DNA from: Dicyema japonicum
Taxonomy: Eukaryota; Animalia; Dicyemida
Direction: 5' to 3'
NCBI GenBank assembly: GCA_011109175.1
Contig: RDEW01000009.1
Location: 1,554,315-1,618,314, forward strand
Length of the DNA stretch: 64,000 nt
Below are positions 21,496 to 37,281 of this stretch, piece by piece (position 1 is the stretch's first letter; each line of letters starts with the position of its first letter). The notes beneath the pieces are model-generated. The model made no database searches. It worked only from the letters and a program-made list of their open reading frames with translations, and was not told where the DNA came from. The position numbers were made by a program, and so were the translations under genes.

Positions 21496-22614
21496 ATTCC
21501 ATATTAAAAACATCTAAAAATTATACTCCAACAAAGACATGCAAATCGTTAAAATTTCAGCAACTTGATACTAACTTTAACTTTAATTACTTTATTAGCA
21601 AGGAAAATTAAAGAGGGAGTTATTTGGCCTTATACCGCAAGTCTTGCAAACGCTTGGCAGGGGAATCTTGATCCCTGCTCTCTTCGATTTTTCAAGAAGC
21701 AAGATAAAACGCTCTTTGTATGCAGTGTAATACCATCCTTCCAGTCCATAAAGGAGTGATGGAATGATCGTACGTGAAAAAATAAAAACATATCCGTTTC
21801 GAGCCTCAATTTCCTCATACACAATAACGCATGGTGGGCTTACTTCCTTTTGAGTTTAAAATCGCACAATCTGCTCCCGACACAACAAACATCAATGGCG
21901 ACAAACTCACAACAAACCTGATGAAACAATTCTCGGATTCCTTGTCTTTAGATGACACCGATAAAAAATTGATGTTCTAGTCCCTGGTATAGCCCCTTCT
22001 TTCCAGTATAAAGATATCGATTCGAAACCCGAGAGTAACGAAACCGGAGATTTGATGGAATCTAAGGGTATTTTTAATTTGTTTATGTTAGGTGCTTTGT
22101 TAAATGATGCACTAATATCAAAAAACCACAAAATATTGCTGAAAATTTATCAATTAGTGATTTCAAGAATTCTAAAGGATTTCTTACAAGATTCAAAAAA
22201 GACATGGTTTTCGAATGCATAAATTACATGGGGAAATGATAACTGGCAAACATCCTGACATAAGGATTTGAGATCACTTTTAAGAAATTTCCAAACATTA
22301 TAAAGAAGGCGAAATTTACAATATGAACGAGACAGAGTTTTATTATAAACTGATTTTTTTAAATTCCCAAATTGCAAATTTAAGGGACTTTTGTATTTTA
22401 ATTTTCTGGGGGAAAAATAATTTTATTTCCACTGTGTTACTGAACAGGCCGTAGTTTAGTGACCTCTGATCCAACACAGTGATGTTGACTACATTTATTT
22501 ATTTTTAGCAGCTGTAGAAACCCCTTCAAAGAATAATCCAATAGAGTAAGTAAACTAAATCAGTCCTTTTTGGTGCTATTCTGCTACTGCACATCACTTA
22601 AGACCACATACTAA

Positions 22615-22795
22615 ATAAAATTATTCCGAAGACCAAGGGTAAAACCAAACTAACTAACTCCTTGATCCTGACGTGTTCCATCGATTCCAGAACTTGTCTC
22701 CAGGTGGAAAGAATAGTTGGATCTTTTTGATTCCGAGCAGGCATTGGGCGTCTCCTTAGTAAGGTAAATCCAATGACACCATCAGAAGAAGGAAA
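22615..22795 (-). mobile_element. SINE-like element, family B
   Basis: Reverse complement contains GGAGACGCCCAATGCCTG and GTCAGGATCAAGGAGTTAGTTAG...CCTTGGTCTTCGGAATAA. Confidence 0.75.
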
Positions 22796-22879
22796 ATAAA
22801 TTTTTAACCAACTAGCCGCATCCCACCACGTGGCTAATTACACTACTAAGATGTTGGCTAACCTGGTCTCTTTGGCAGA

Positions 22880-23780
22880 CCTCATCCGCTCTGGCTTCTC
22901 GCATAAGTCCAGGCATACTAAAACTTGACATCCACAAGGAATTTGACTCGTTGTAAAGAATATTCTAACTTAGAAATCTTCAAAGCAATTTTCTAAAAGA
23001 CTCAAACTCTGGCTTGATAACTTCTATAGCGGTCGGAGGAGACATTTCTGCCATGAATATATAAAATCGTTTCTCTCGTCTTCTATCTAATGATATCCCC
23101 AAAAGTTTTTATTATCTCTTTAACACTTTCTGGCCGACCTCCCTAAACTGGAAGTTGAAAATTATGCTAACTTGTGGCCAACAACGTAATCTTGGCCTCA
23201 CATGCTACAGAAAAGAGAAAATTCTTAACTAAGTGACCTAAGACTGAAATGGAGGAGGTCCTATCCGACATGGACGAGAATCCTGAATGGCTCACCATAA
23301 AGGACATGTTGTTATCTCGTACCTAGATTGGTTTTTAAGGTATTTGTTCATGGCTTCATAGAAGTGACTGTTTTGCAAAGTAGTTGCCCACACCATCTTC
23401 TGTTGTCATCAAATCAAAAATCTTTCAAAGAGGCGGATATAAAGTTGCGGTCAATGACTTTTTTGGTAACTTCCTGGATTGCGGATAGTTTCAAGAAAGA
23501 GGAGCTGTAAATGGCTATTGACCGCAAGTTATTGCGTACGTCAATGCCGATTGTACAAATTACCAATAGACATCGAAAAGGTGCCCAGGGTTTTTTCCGA
23601 GGGGATTTGAGATTATTTTCAAGATCCTCATTCTCGTAAGTGTCACAGTCACCCAATTCTCAGCATGCTTTACGAATGTAAGTTCTTGATCAAACGTCAC
23701 CCCCAGGATGGTTGGTGTGGCCGTAAAAAGGATTGCCACATCGTTAATCGTGGTCTTTTTCTATAATGTTATCTGCAAAA
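22880..23780. mobile_element. Degenerate LINE RT remnant with internal inversion
   Basis: Plus strand gives KLDIHKEFDS (cf. LDISKAFD) at ~22920. Minus strand gives TILGVTFDQELTFVKH at ~23690, the segment that normally follows it. Confidence 0.5.
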
Positions 23781-23784
23781 TGTA

Positions 23785-24030
23785 TAGAGGATCACAAATG
23801 ATTTATTTATTTAATAACCCCGAAAAGGGAACACCAAGAAAGGAGTAAACCAACTAATTAAGTGATCCCGATACGCATCAACAGGATCGAGAGGTTTTTC
23901 CTATGTTCCTCCAGAGTACCCACGGCTTTCCTGAATAGACGAAAATAAAACGTGGCGTCATGTGGTTCACCTTTTGTGGTGGCGCTTAGTGTAGAAAAAC
24001 ACAAAAAAAACCATTTGCTCTTCCCCATCC
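23785..24030. mobile_element. Back-to-back SINE-like remnants
   Basis: Minus-strand 3' end (GGGATCACTTAATTAG...GTGTTCCC) at 23790-23870. Plus-strand head CGTGGCGTCATGTGG at 23951 and family A core CATTTGCTCTTCCCCA at ~24010. Confidence 0.55.
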
Positions 24031-24193
24031 ATAGTCCTTATGCCTGGATGGTATACCTCAACAAATGATTTTGTAGGTTACTAACCACTATGGTCTACCA
24101 TTGAGAAATATTGACAACATAAAGTTATTTTATTTAAAAAAATAAATATTTAATTGAACTTAAAATAATAATTTAATAAAGCGCTACTTTCAA

Positions 24194-26824
<2,631 letters not shown>

Positions 26825-27218
26825 TTATTCTGATCGTTTCTTTTGTAATTTTTGTAGCATTCCTTACTTTTTTGTTGTTTAATGAATGGTTTTTAAGAAT
26901 TTTAACTTTAGCCTGAAATCATCTTTCGATAGTCACGTGGTTAATTAGTTAGAAGGATGAGGAGATTACGTGCCTCCATCGTTCAACCTGTCTACTTTGT
27001 TTTATGACAGATGAAAGGAAAAGCATTGTCTTCCTTCCTATCAGAATGGTAGAGATGATGGGCTAGGGAAATCCGTAGTTCTGAACAAAGGAAATGTCAG
27101 ATGCACTTAGGATTCAGATTTCGTTCACCACAAAATTGTAATATCATCTGTCAGAAACCGAACCTACATGATGATAGTATGAATCTATGATGCTCAGCAT
27201 CTTGAAATATTGTTAATA

Positions 27219-28574
27219 CAGTAAGTCTCTCAAATCCGTATTTTTTTAAATCCGCCAATTATAACTAATAAATTCTCTAATCCGCCAGATTTTTTAATGA
27301 ATCCGCCATGTCTCTTAATTTTAAACAATTTTTTAAATAACTTATTAACACGTTGTTATTGTTTATTGTTGTTTTCATAAAACGTAATAAAAAAAACAAA
27401 AAATTGTCATTTTAAAGTTGATTGAATCGAATATTGAATTACCGATAAAAATTTCAGAATTTTTTTCCAAAAAATATAATGCCTTATTTTCGTAATTATT
27501 GATGATCTGAGAAGTAAAGAGGATCTGAATATATGTTGAATAACTTACGATCTGGCATTTCTCGCAAAGAATATTTGAAGTTCAGTTTCAGTCATGTTAT
27601 GTCATGTTACAGATAAACGAACACCTTTACTAATTGGGATGTTTAAAAATCCTAAATGTTTTAAAAATTTTATATTAAAAAATATGTCACATATTCTAAT
27701 TCAAAAATCATGGATGATAGCCGAGTTTTTAATCAATTTCTTTTGAAATGAGAAATAGAATTGGGGAAGCATGATAGAAAAATTTTGCTTGTTGTAGATA
27801 AATGTCCTGCACATAAGTGAATTTCATAACATTTACATTAGGTTTTGATTGAATTAAACCAGATTGAAATAATATTTCTATCAGCGAATACAACGTCGTT
27901 TTGCAACCACTGGATCAGGGTATAATCAAATCGTAAAAATGCAATTTCAATTCTTTTAGATTTTCTAATATTATTCAGAAAATTGAAGCTGGGATGAATT
28001 TATTTTCATACAAAAAATTAAACTTAAAAGATGAAATATTATTCACACATTATGCTTGGAACAAGATAGATAGTTTTTAATATTCAAATGCTTCACACAC
28101 GCAAAATGGATTCAAAACATTGAAAATATAAATTATGAAAACCCTGTTATTGAAAATTACGATATTTTCTAGACAAAATGAACATAAGTGATCTTTAGAA
28201 GAGAGACTTTATATCGAAATTAACTACAATGAAAATGAAGAACTTGATTTGAATGATTCGGAGAAAATAGAACAAGTGAAGAACCTCCTGAAGAAAGTCA
28301 GAAAGGTGTAACTATAAGCAGGCTTTTCTAGCCTTAAATAAATTAAAAAATTCTAAAATCAAAAGAATTCCTTAATGTCTATAATCTTGAGTCTATTGAA
28401 AAACTTGGATCTTCGATGATCCGATCTATAAAAAAGAAACAAATCAATACTTACTGATTTTTTGCTTATAATAATTTTTTAATCTACATTATTAATGGAT
28501 AAAAAATAATAGGTCTCTCGAATCCGCCAGATTTTGCCGATCCCCGAAATTGGCGGATTCGAGAGACTTTACTG
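27219..28574 (+). mobile_element. pogo/Tigger-like DNA transposon (internally deleted)
   Basis: TIRs CAGTAAGTCTCTCAAATCCG and CAGTAAAGTCTCTCGAATCCG (reverse complement), flanked by TA. DDE_1 remnant RKILLVVDKCPAH...ANTTS.LQPLDQGIIKS at ~27770-27935. Confidence 0.88.
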
Positions 28575-28713
28575 TAAAATAAAATTTCAAGAATTTATGT
28601 TTGACCTCAAAATTTTACAACAGGATCTTATTTTATTTAAAAAATTTCTGATTGCATTTTGATATAATTCAGAATCAACTTTTCATTTCTAAGTGATCCC
28701 AAAAAATTTGTCC

Positions 28714-28930
28714 GCGTGGCGCCATGCAGCTAGTTGGTCATAAATTATTTCCCTTCCGATGGCGTTATTGATCCATCTTACTGAGGAGACGCCCAAGGCC
28801 GGCATCAAGAAGATCCAATTATTCTTCCCCGGGTGACAATCTCGTTACCTGGAGACGAGTTCTGAATGATGGAATAAGTCAGGATCAAGGAGTTAGTTTG
28901 GTTACCCTTGGTCTTTGGAATAAATTTAAT
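28714..28930 (+). mobile_element. SINE-like element: family A head joined to family B body
   Basis: Starts GCGTGGCGCCATG; the body and 3' end match family B. Confidence 0.75.
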
Positions 28931-29209
28931 TTAAGTATCATCTCATTCGAGAAGTCATTCTAGACAAAATGCATCTATAATTCGAATCTCCCATATTTGA
29001 TCCTAGTATACCCTTCATTTATTATTTAACGTTTTAAACGTAAGGGATTCTCGTATCCATAAATCTCCGTATTCACAAAAGCCCGGAACGTGAACCGATT
29101 AATAAAAACTATTAGAAAACTAAGACAAAACGGACAATCAAAAGCTGATTTGATTAAAAAATCTCATAAACCAATTTAATTTTAAAAAGTATGAGAACAG
29201 CAAAAATCA

Positions 29210-30741
29210 CTAAAATTCTTGCTTTAGATACTCTGAATAATGGCCCATTACTTGTTCTTTCAGATTAGAGTTAACCAATTTTCTTTTGAGTTGTCCGTCC
29301 CTCACAAATGACCACACAAACAAACCACTCCATATCTTCCAATTGAGAACGAGAGGCTATCATCTGTTTGAGTCTGTTGGCAAACTGCATTGTACTCTCG
29401 TCATCCTAAAATTCAAAAACTTTCCCAACCTTCCTCACACAAGGAGGCAAATACCAAATATCCGCAACCACGCACCAGCTTGTCAAAATTCTGAACACGT
29501 GACTTGTGAAGGTCTCCTTCCCACTGTTCCAGAAAGAATCAGCAAACATGTGCCAGTACAGAATTGAGTAAAACGACTACTTTAATGGCAACGGGGTAGA
29601 CTACACACCGATTTCAAAACTGCCCTTTCTGAACATCATCACGGAAGTGTTGTTAATGCACGTGCCTGGGTTGGCCAAAAAGTTACCTTCAGGGAACATA
29701 AGGATCGGCCACGAGTTTTCCATAGAGATGTGATCTCTGAGAATATCCATCACATTGGTTCGATCGGAGGCACTTGATCTATCGAACCAGATATGCTTGG
29801 CTCCCATTTTGAGGAGGTTCTGAACCATTCCAAACGGTCCCCCTTGCCGTTGGGCAGTCTACGTTATCAAAGACAAAAAACAAGAAGGTAGCAGCAATCA
29901 AGTGACAGGAAAACAACATCGAGAGGAGACGTGTGGTTGGCTACACAGATTCCTTCCTTCGGCCGATTTTGCCTGGAAATAAATCCTCAGAAAACTTGTC
30001 ATGGAAAGTGACGACTGCGGACAAGGAAGAAGAAAAAAGGTAGAAAACAATTCGATGGGCATTATTAGAAACAAAGTCGTGAAATCTTAGCGGAATCAGC
30101 AAAATTCAACCTTGATGGGGGAATCAGATAAATCATGGAGAAGGAGACAATCAAGAAGACCAGTCCAATAAAAAACACAGTCAGCCTAAAAAATTACAAA
30201 TTTGGCAACCTGTATGGAAGGAGAATTAAATATCGGATTAGTAGTCCAATGAACCAAAAAATACGCGTTTGGAGGCTAATAAGAAGAATTACTGGGCAAC
30301 CTTAAATCGTCCTTATAGACCATTGAATTACGAGTTAGCAAATTCCACATTGGAAGTTCTAGACTAAGGATATTCTATACCAGGGGCGTGAAATCGCTGG
30401 ATCACCTCATCGTCCACAATGACCTCGATTCCGTTTCTGCAAAAGTCCATCACGTCCGCTAAAGTAAATTTGCTCTCTTCTTTCCCAAAGAGACTGTTCA
30501 CTCCTCCTGGCTTGGTCAGATTCTTGGCTAATGGTAATTTAAAGGGAGAACAGTTTGATTTAATCATGCTTGCCACGCGTTTCAGGGGTTTTCTGTTTCC
30601 GTCTGCAATCCATCTGCTTATTTTGACAAGGGCCCACACGTAAAGTCTTCCTGGACGTAAATTTATGTCGAAAAGAGCAGTAAGGACTGAGTAAATTAAT
30701 AGAGACAGACAGATAAGCCAATAATAGTAGATTATCGTCAT
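29210..30741 (-). CDS. Glycerol-3-phosphate acyltransferase GPAT3/GPAT4-like
   Basis: HIWFDRS, PILMFPEGTCINNTSVMMFRKGSFEIG and WDGQLKRK, with an N-terminal hydrophobic segment and tiny introns. Confidence 0.9.
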
Positions 30742-30999
30742 ATCATGAATGCGTGATATTAAGATTGAATTTATTTTATTATTTTTTTATTATTTTTATT
30801 TTATTTAAAAATTAACCAAAAAAACTTTTTTTTAAGGGTATGACTACTTTTACCTAAAGAAAAGTAATTTTTAAAATTTAATTAATACATATTTTAGTGG
30901 AATCATATCTTGGTTATAAAAATTCATTAAATTTTTAAATTTAAAGCTATCAATTTCTAAAAAGTAATATTTCACTTAATCGTTGGAAAATTGGAGAAT

Positions 31000-32060
31000 A
31001 TAGGAACTGGTCAGATACGCGTGCGAGTCACACTTCTCGGGACATTTGATACTGACTCAAGTACGTCAAAAATGAAATGTGGAGAACATTTGGACGACTT
31101 GAGCAAGGTTCTTTACGACCCTGTAAGGTGGAACCGCTTAGTTAGTTTGCTTGTTTCTACCGCCGCACCGATAAAACTGTAGCTATAATGGTTTTACTTA
31201 TGTTGCTCTAATAATAATAGGAACTGGTTCACTGTGAGTCGAGTGAAGTTCATCTAATGTAAAAAATTTCATCATTATTTCAAGACTGGACTGCTTATTG
31301 CTATTTACATGTCACTACTTGACAAACTACTTTTTAATTTCCAATTAGGATAGTGATTAATTGGCCGGAAGGTTGAGCTGATGACGAACACCGTGTACTA
31401 TGACATAACTCTGCTACATTTAACGTCTCCGTCTCATCAGGGTTGACTAATTTTTTCATATCTTCTGCCGATTCTGGATCTATAAAGTCCCTAAGACCTA
31501 TTCTCTCGCATAAGTTGAAGAGCTAAAAGACTTGTCTGAAGGTATTTGCATCATTTTACATCCTCCTGCGCTTATGCCTAATATAACTTGACAGAATTAG
31601 ACGATTTTGAGGTTTAACTTACATTAAAGCAGAAAAATTGTTTTGATTGATGAAACTGATATTCGAAGACAGAAATATATGAATACACCGAAGATTTCCT
31701 GACCCCAAAAAATTTTTAATATTGTGTCGTCCATTGACTTATGCGGCTAACTCGTCTATTTTCAGCCAGATAATTGAGATGTGATAAAGGATTTTGCGGT
31801 AGATTGCGATAATTTTTATCGGATGCAGCATGGTATGGACAAAATTGAAAGTATCATTTATAACTCGAGTTCACCGTCTTCTTCACGACTATTGTCTAAA
31901 AATCAGAGAATAGTTTCTTATTTGGACAAGGGCTACCAAATCACAAAAAAGACAAGAGGAGAAAAATTTATTGAAATCAGGAATCTATCCCTAGTAGTTC
32001 TGATCAAATAGGTAAGTTGGTTTAAATTTCTCCATAGAAGACAGAGCAAACAGATTCAAA
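31000..32060 (-). pseudogene. Possible decayed gene remnant of unknown identity
   Basis: Minus-strand protein-like stretches (RNLPQNPLSHLNYLAE; FRQVF*LFNLCERIGLRDFIDPESAEDMKKLVNPD) with stops and intron-like GT..AG segments. Confidence 0.25.
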
Positions 32061-32224
32061 AATGTATTTTATTAAATATTTACGTGTGATCAAAATTATC
32101 TGAAATTAAAATTTTCATCGAGAACACTGCTCTTCTTAAGAAATACGCTCAATTAAATCCTTTCTTTTCTATCATTTTTCCTCTCCGTGGTGAGCGATCC
32201 AAATCTGTTTAACAGGGTCAGTGA

Positions 32225-32570
32225 TCTTTATTATTATTAATACAAAATAAAATAAATGGTTAATTAAGTGGCCCTGATTGACCTTATTTACCACTGTAAC
32301 CGTTATAGCATGCGACATTTATAACCACAGATACACTGAGAAGGAAATTAATAGTTCCCACTGTCGAAAAAGCAGAGAGATTTTCTAATATTACACACAA
32401 GTAAATAAAGAACCTGGTGAAAAGATAGAAAGATCAAATCTCCCCTGTTGTGGAAATCCAAATCAGTGGGAGAGAAGAGCAAATGATTTTTTTTCTTGCC
32501 ATCCTGTTAGATAGATCACGTGACGCTTCTCTAGTTAAGCGAGGAAAAATAAAGAACAGAGGAAAATTTT
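32225..32570 (-). mobile_element. Diverged family A SINE-like copy
   Basis: GAGCAAATGAT core, GATCACGTGACGC segment and TTAATTAAGTGGCCCTG end. Confidence 0.45.
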
Positions 32571-32589
32571 TTTAAGTTAATAGTTTTTT

Positions 32590-32930
32590 TATTAATAAAA
32601 ACGAAACATAAACTTAAAATTGGAGGGTCGCAGTCTTAACTGCGAGGCTATTTCCCCTCAGGATTGCGAGGAGAAAAGTCAGCATCATTCGCCAAGGAAT
32701 CATTTACTAAGATCGTCCATCTCGTGAAAATCTGACCTCAAGTTGATTCAGTGATTCCACTGTCGAGGGTCCTATATCACCGGAAGTCTCCACAACGAGT
32801 GGAATAAACTGCATTCCATTGGGTAGATTAAAAAGATACAGAGTGGAATTCATGAGTCGTCTAAGGAATCGGATTTCTAACGAACAGGAGATCTCCGTGA
32901 CGCAGTCAGGGGCCGTCGTATAGTCCTAGG
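32590..32930 (-). mobile_element. CRE-like RLE C-terminal fragment
   Basis: FIPLVVETSGDIGPST...LLAILRGNSLAV matches the RLE motif FxPxxVETxGxxG...QRGN. Confidence 0.6.
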
Positions 32931-33074
32931 CTGACTGTTTATTTTATTGTAATAAAAATTTACAGAGAGACCGCACAATTAAAACTTCATATTAGAAATA
33001 TCCTTGAGTTGATATAACAACACAAAACTGTTTACTTAATCTTAATTTTCATATTTCTCGTCTATGGAAGATGT

Positions 33075-33560
33075 CATTGTTAGGATGATTCCGAAACAGG
33101 GAAAATCGAAGAGAGATACATAAAGCACATACATATTAGCCTCATCCGTTCAATTTCAAAAATCATTGAATAGATTGTATACAGAATATAGCATAAAAAT
33201 GTGGAGGATGGCAATTTTCTATTGCACAATAGTGGGATTTCTGCCCAGGGAGGTCCTGCGCAGATTACTCTTCTAGCTAAATTCAAAAATTGTAAAGATT
33301 TGTCTCGATATTTTGTGCGGTTCGAAGTTCTTTTGGCTCAGATGTCTCATACGCTATTTATTCTTTTAGATAAGAAATATTTTATCCAGAAAAGTTTTTT
33401 GTCAAGATGGAAGCAATTATCCCTAATGCTGAGTCCACAAGGCTCGGTTTGAGTCCAATTCTGTTCAATGTATTCAAGGTAAGTTTTCCTTTTCCAAAAA
33501 GTGTCAATAATGGAGTAATCAATGAGGACGACAACGATCACATCTATAAAGTCAGTCCAC
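33075..33560 (+). mobile_element. Degenerate APE-type LINE RT remnant (CR1/Jockey-like)
   Basis: MIPKQGK...ISLIRSISKIIE...EDGNFL across frameshifts. Confidence 0.4.
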
Positions 33561-33599
33561 CTATAAAAGACTTAAGGAGTATATAGGCATGATTGAGGA

Positions 33600-33820
33600 A
33601 TGGTGAGGCTAAAGTTGGTCAAAAATTATTTTTCTACTCTCCGATGGCGTCAATGGATCCATCTTACTGAGGAGACGCCCAATGCCTGGCCGGCTTCAAA
33701 AAGATCCAACTATTCTTTTCCCTGAGGGGACAATGTCGTTACCTGGAAACAAATTGTGGAACGCTGGAACGAGTCAGGATCAAGGAGTTAGTTAGTTTGG
33801 TTATCCTTGGTCATAAATTT
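33600..33820 (+). mobile_element. SINE-like element, family B
   Basis: ATGGCGTCAATGGATCCATCTTACTGAGGAGACGCCCAATGCC and GTCAGGATCAAGGAGTTAGTTAG. Confidence 0.75.
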
Positions 33821-33899
33821 AATCTTTGGCTACGAAAGATGATTCATTTCCTAAAAAAAAATAAAAAAAAATTGAAAAAACAAGTAGAGTAGTGGCAAT

Positions 33900-34560
33900 A
33901 AAAATGGCTAAGGAATTTGTAAGAACAATTATCCAGTTCAATTCGGGACACAGTGGAGAAAGGATCGATGACTACAAAAAAATCCACAAATTATTAAATT
34001 GATTGTATTTCATTTGAATCATTCCCCTAATTCCGCAATTATATGCCAAATTATTGATGCTATTTGCTAAGTTAATGTTGAAAGAAGAAATTTCTATTTA
34101 TAGGGTTTCCCGATCAATAGCATAACTTCTAATCATTAACATTGGGATAGGGGTAAATATATTTTTGATAAAAGAACATCTTAAAACTCATAATGAGGTC
34201 GGATTTTCAGTATCCTAAAGATCAAGAAAAGGAAGAGCTATTTCAGGATATTCTACCTATATTCCTACAGGGGCCATCAGTACCAGAAATTACATCAATG
34301 AATAATGTCGATCATTGTGATTAATTTTTCTGGAATCCTTAAAAATCTTTGTTATGAAGTGGGAATTGAATACCCGATATCTTTGATAATGACTGTATTC
34401 ATTATTTCACGGACAATCTCCACGTTCCATTACCCCTTACTCGCCATTTCTCAATCCAATCGAGAATTTATTCAGTGTTTCCAGGGAGGTATTGAAGATG
34501 AGAAAACTAAAAAAAAGTTTGTTTTACCCTTAAAAATTTAGTAACGCTATTGGTCGGAAA
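33900..34560 (+). mobile_element. Tc1/IS630-like transposase remnant
   Basis: IFDNDCIH and PYSPFLNPIENLFS (DDE_3 motif PPYSPxLNPIE) at ~34380-34480. Confidence 0.6.
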
Positions 34561-34978
34561 CCCTTTATTCATTTAAGATTCTACTCCTTATATGATTTCC
34601 GAAGGATAAATATTAAAATAATTGCATTCAAATCCTTTTCATGTTACCTGTGTCGCATATTTGTAAAACAATTGTGTTTTCTGAATTAAATTTCATTACC
34701 CAGAGGAAATTTTTACAAGATGTTATTGGAGGACTATAAAAGCAGCAGTTACATCACGGTGGAGTGAAGCAATTCGTCGACATAAGAAAGTAAAAGTGTT
34801 CTATTTTATCGGTAAGTTTGGTAGATGAAGGTTAAATAAAGTCGGAGAGAAGACCGAGTCCTGATAAACGCCCATAGTAATGCATAAGTAAGCTAACATT
34901 ATCTTGGAAGGTCAGATTGATTGAAATAGTTGAAAACCAAATTATATTTACTTAAAAAATATTTTTAAAAAAACTCTA

Positions 34979-37281
34979 TCAAATATACATTTGAACCCAT
35001 TCCTTTTTGATGGCAGTCACATGACTACAAATAATAGAAAAAAATACCAAATGTAGCATTTCCCCTTACTTTCCAGAATTTCTTGAAACACCACTAAAGG
35101 AGTTCCACTCTTGTAGAGCACAGAAGAAGGGTGAATGTACACGCGTTGTCTGAAAGATATCTAGCAAATCATATAAATCATAAACAGTCTCATAAACGTC
35201 GTCAGCCTTATACTCCGCAATATTGCGAATAAGCCCAGGAATGAGACATTGCTTAACAGAATCGTAGTTTTTTCCACAGGAGACAATTTCTTGGATGGAA
35301 GCTTTAAGTAAATCCTTCAACTGAGCTTTAATAGCAGAAGCCATGGACATGTTAGACTTATTAATATAATTAGCTTTACACCACTCCTATCAAATCACAC
35401 AATAACCTACTCGCTTGTTTACAGCAGAGGCATATTCTCTAAAAACATTCAACGAGGAGATATGGTCACTATAGGGATCGAGGAACCGCTGGTGGACATT
35501 TGCAGCTTTCTCCCGCTACAAATAAAACACAAAAATACAACCTTATCAAACGGAATATATATGTAGGTATCCACTGTCATCATAGACACGACAGTCAGAA
35601 TCTCTTCACTGCAACAGAGACTGTGTGATTCAACAAGAATTCTTGCCAATCTCACGTCAACTGGCAATTCTATCATTCTCCTACCAATTTTAGTCAACTA
35701 CTAATTACATGCATAAATACCGCAAACTGGTTGCTTTCGTCACAGGTTATGGCCTTCAGCACTTTCAGTTCATCGATTGAATCCTTTATCGAATCAACAG
35801 AGGGTTTTTCGATAAAATCAAAGTTTTCAACGTTTTTCACGCCCACAGTCATTAAAAGGAGTAATGTGTCGCTAAGACGAGTCCTGTGGATCTCAGCGAT
35901 GTTATATTTTGACATATTCTTATACTCCTCTTCAGTATACACTCTGTAGCAAAACCCGGGACCTTCCCTTGCCGCTCTGCCCGCTCTCTGAACTGATTGA
36001 GCTCGAGAGACTGGACAAACGTTCATAACTTCCATCATTCTCTTGGGATCATATTTTCTAACAATTTCGACAAACACAAACTTTGTTTTGACCTTCCCCG
36101 AATCAACCACGTGGGTAATTCCAGTGATTGTCACGGATGTTTCCGCAATATTCGTAGAAATTACAATTTTCCTCACATTCTATCAAATATATACTAAAGT
36201 AACCTCCTTTGGTAGTTCAAAGGCCTCATTCTGAATCTCCAAAGGCTGAGCTCCATACAACGGCTTTACTGTCGCAGGAAATCTATAAACTGCTAATAAA
36301 CTTGCCAAATATACAGTCTGGTTTCTCACTAATGATCTTCCTAAGCAGCCTTACAGTCATGTATATCTCCTCCTGTCCAGTCAAGAACACCAGAATCCCC
36401 TCACTGATTAATAATAACCAAATGACACAACCCGACAGGTTTTTCCGCATGGAGTCGTAGTGTGGTGGCTATACAAGAGTCCACGTAACCAGGAATATCA
36501 GTATTTTTCGAGTGGAAGATCTTTATAAGCATAAATCTACTTTGAGAGGGTATTCTCGTCCAGCACACACAAGAACAGGACAGTTGTTGAAATAACTACT
36601 AAAAATATCAACATTCATAGTTGCTGACATTAAAATGATCTCAAATAATTACAATCAGTACCTTCAAGGGATTATTAGATTTGGCCCTTTGTCTTTGAGC
36701 ACGTTTTACTAAGCCGATAAGAGCATCCATTTGAACAGACCGTTCGTGGACCTCGTCAAGGATTATCACGTGATAACTATTTTAAGTAAAAGCAAAGACT
36801 CTGAGAGGATCTTGTTAAGGATGGCCTCTCTAAGAAGAATTCCATCAGTCATGTAAACAATTCCGGTATTTGAGGACTTCATCTCGTCAAACCTAACTTT
36901 GTAGCCGACCTAATACTGAGTCATAAAACAGACCAGGTCTCCCAGCTTTGATTTACACTCGTCAGCAACGTGGGCTGCTAGGGTAGTGGCTGCTATTCTC
37001 CGTGGTTGGACACAGCATACAGTCCTTTTCTCGACGGAAGCACAGGAGTAGACAATCTGACTATAAAAACATGGATACCTTTGGGATCTGAGTGGTCTTT
37101 CCACTGCCAGTGTCGCTGATTATAATGAAGGTACTGAATTTGTTAAAATAATAAATAATGTAGTCAAGTTCTTTGTGGGATTGGCAAATGTGGGTTGCAA
37201 TCTATAAAATATTTCAAATCAATTACGTAAATCGTAAAAGTATGTTTGAGGAGTCGAACTTTTAGTACTTCCGCAAAGCAT
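34979..37281 (-). CDS. DEAH-box RNA helicase, DHX33-like (start approximate)
   Basis: DTGSGKTTQIP, QPRRIAA, DEVHER, GILVFLTGQEEI, STNIAETSVTI, QRAGRAAREGPG, and HA2/OB-fold regions. Confidence 0.85.

Noticed and set aside
33660-33720. CTGAGGA in family B as a hammerhead ribozyme core
   Set aside because: No stem II followed by GAAA, and the motif is CTAAGGA or absent in the 22615 and 11005 copies.
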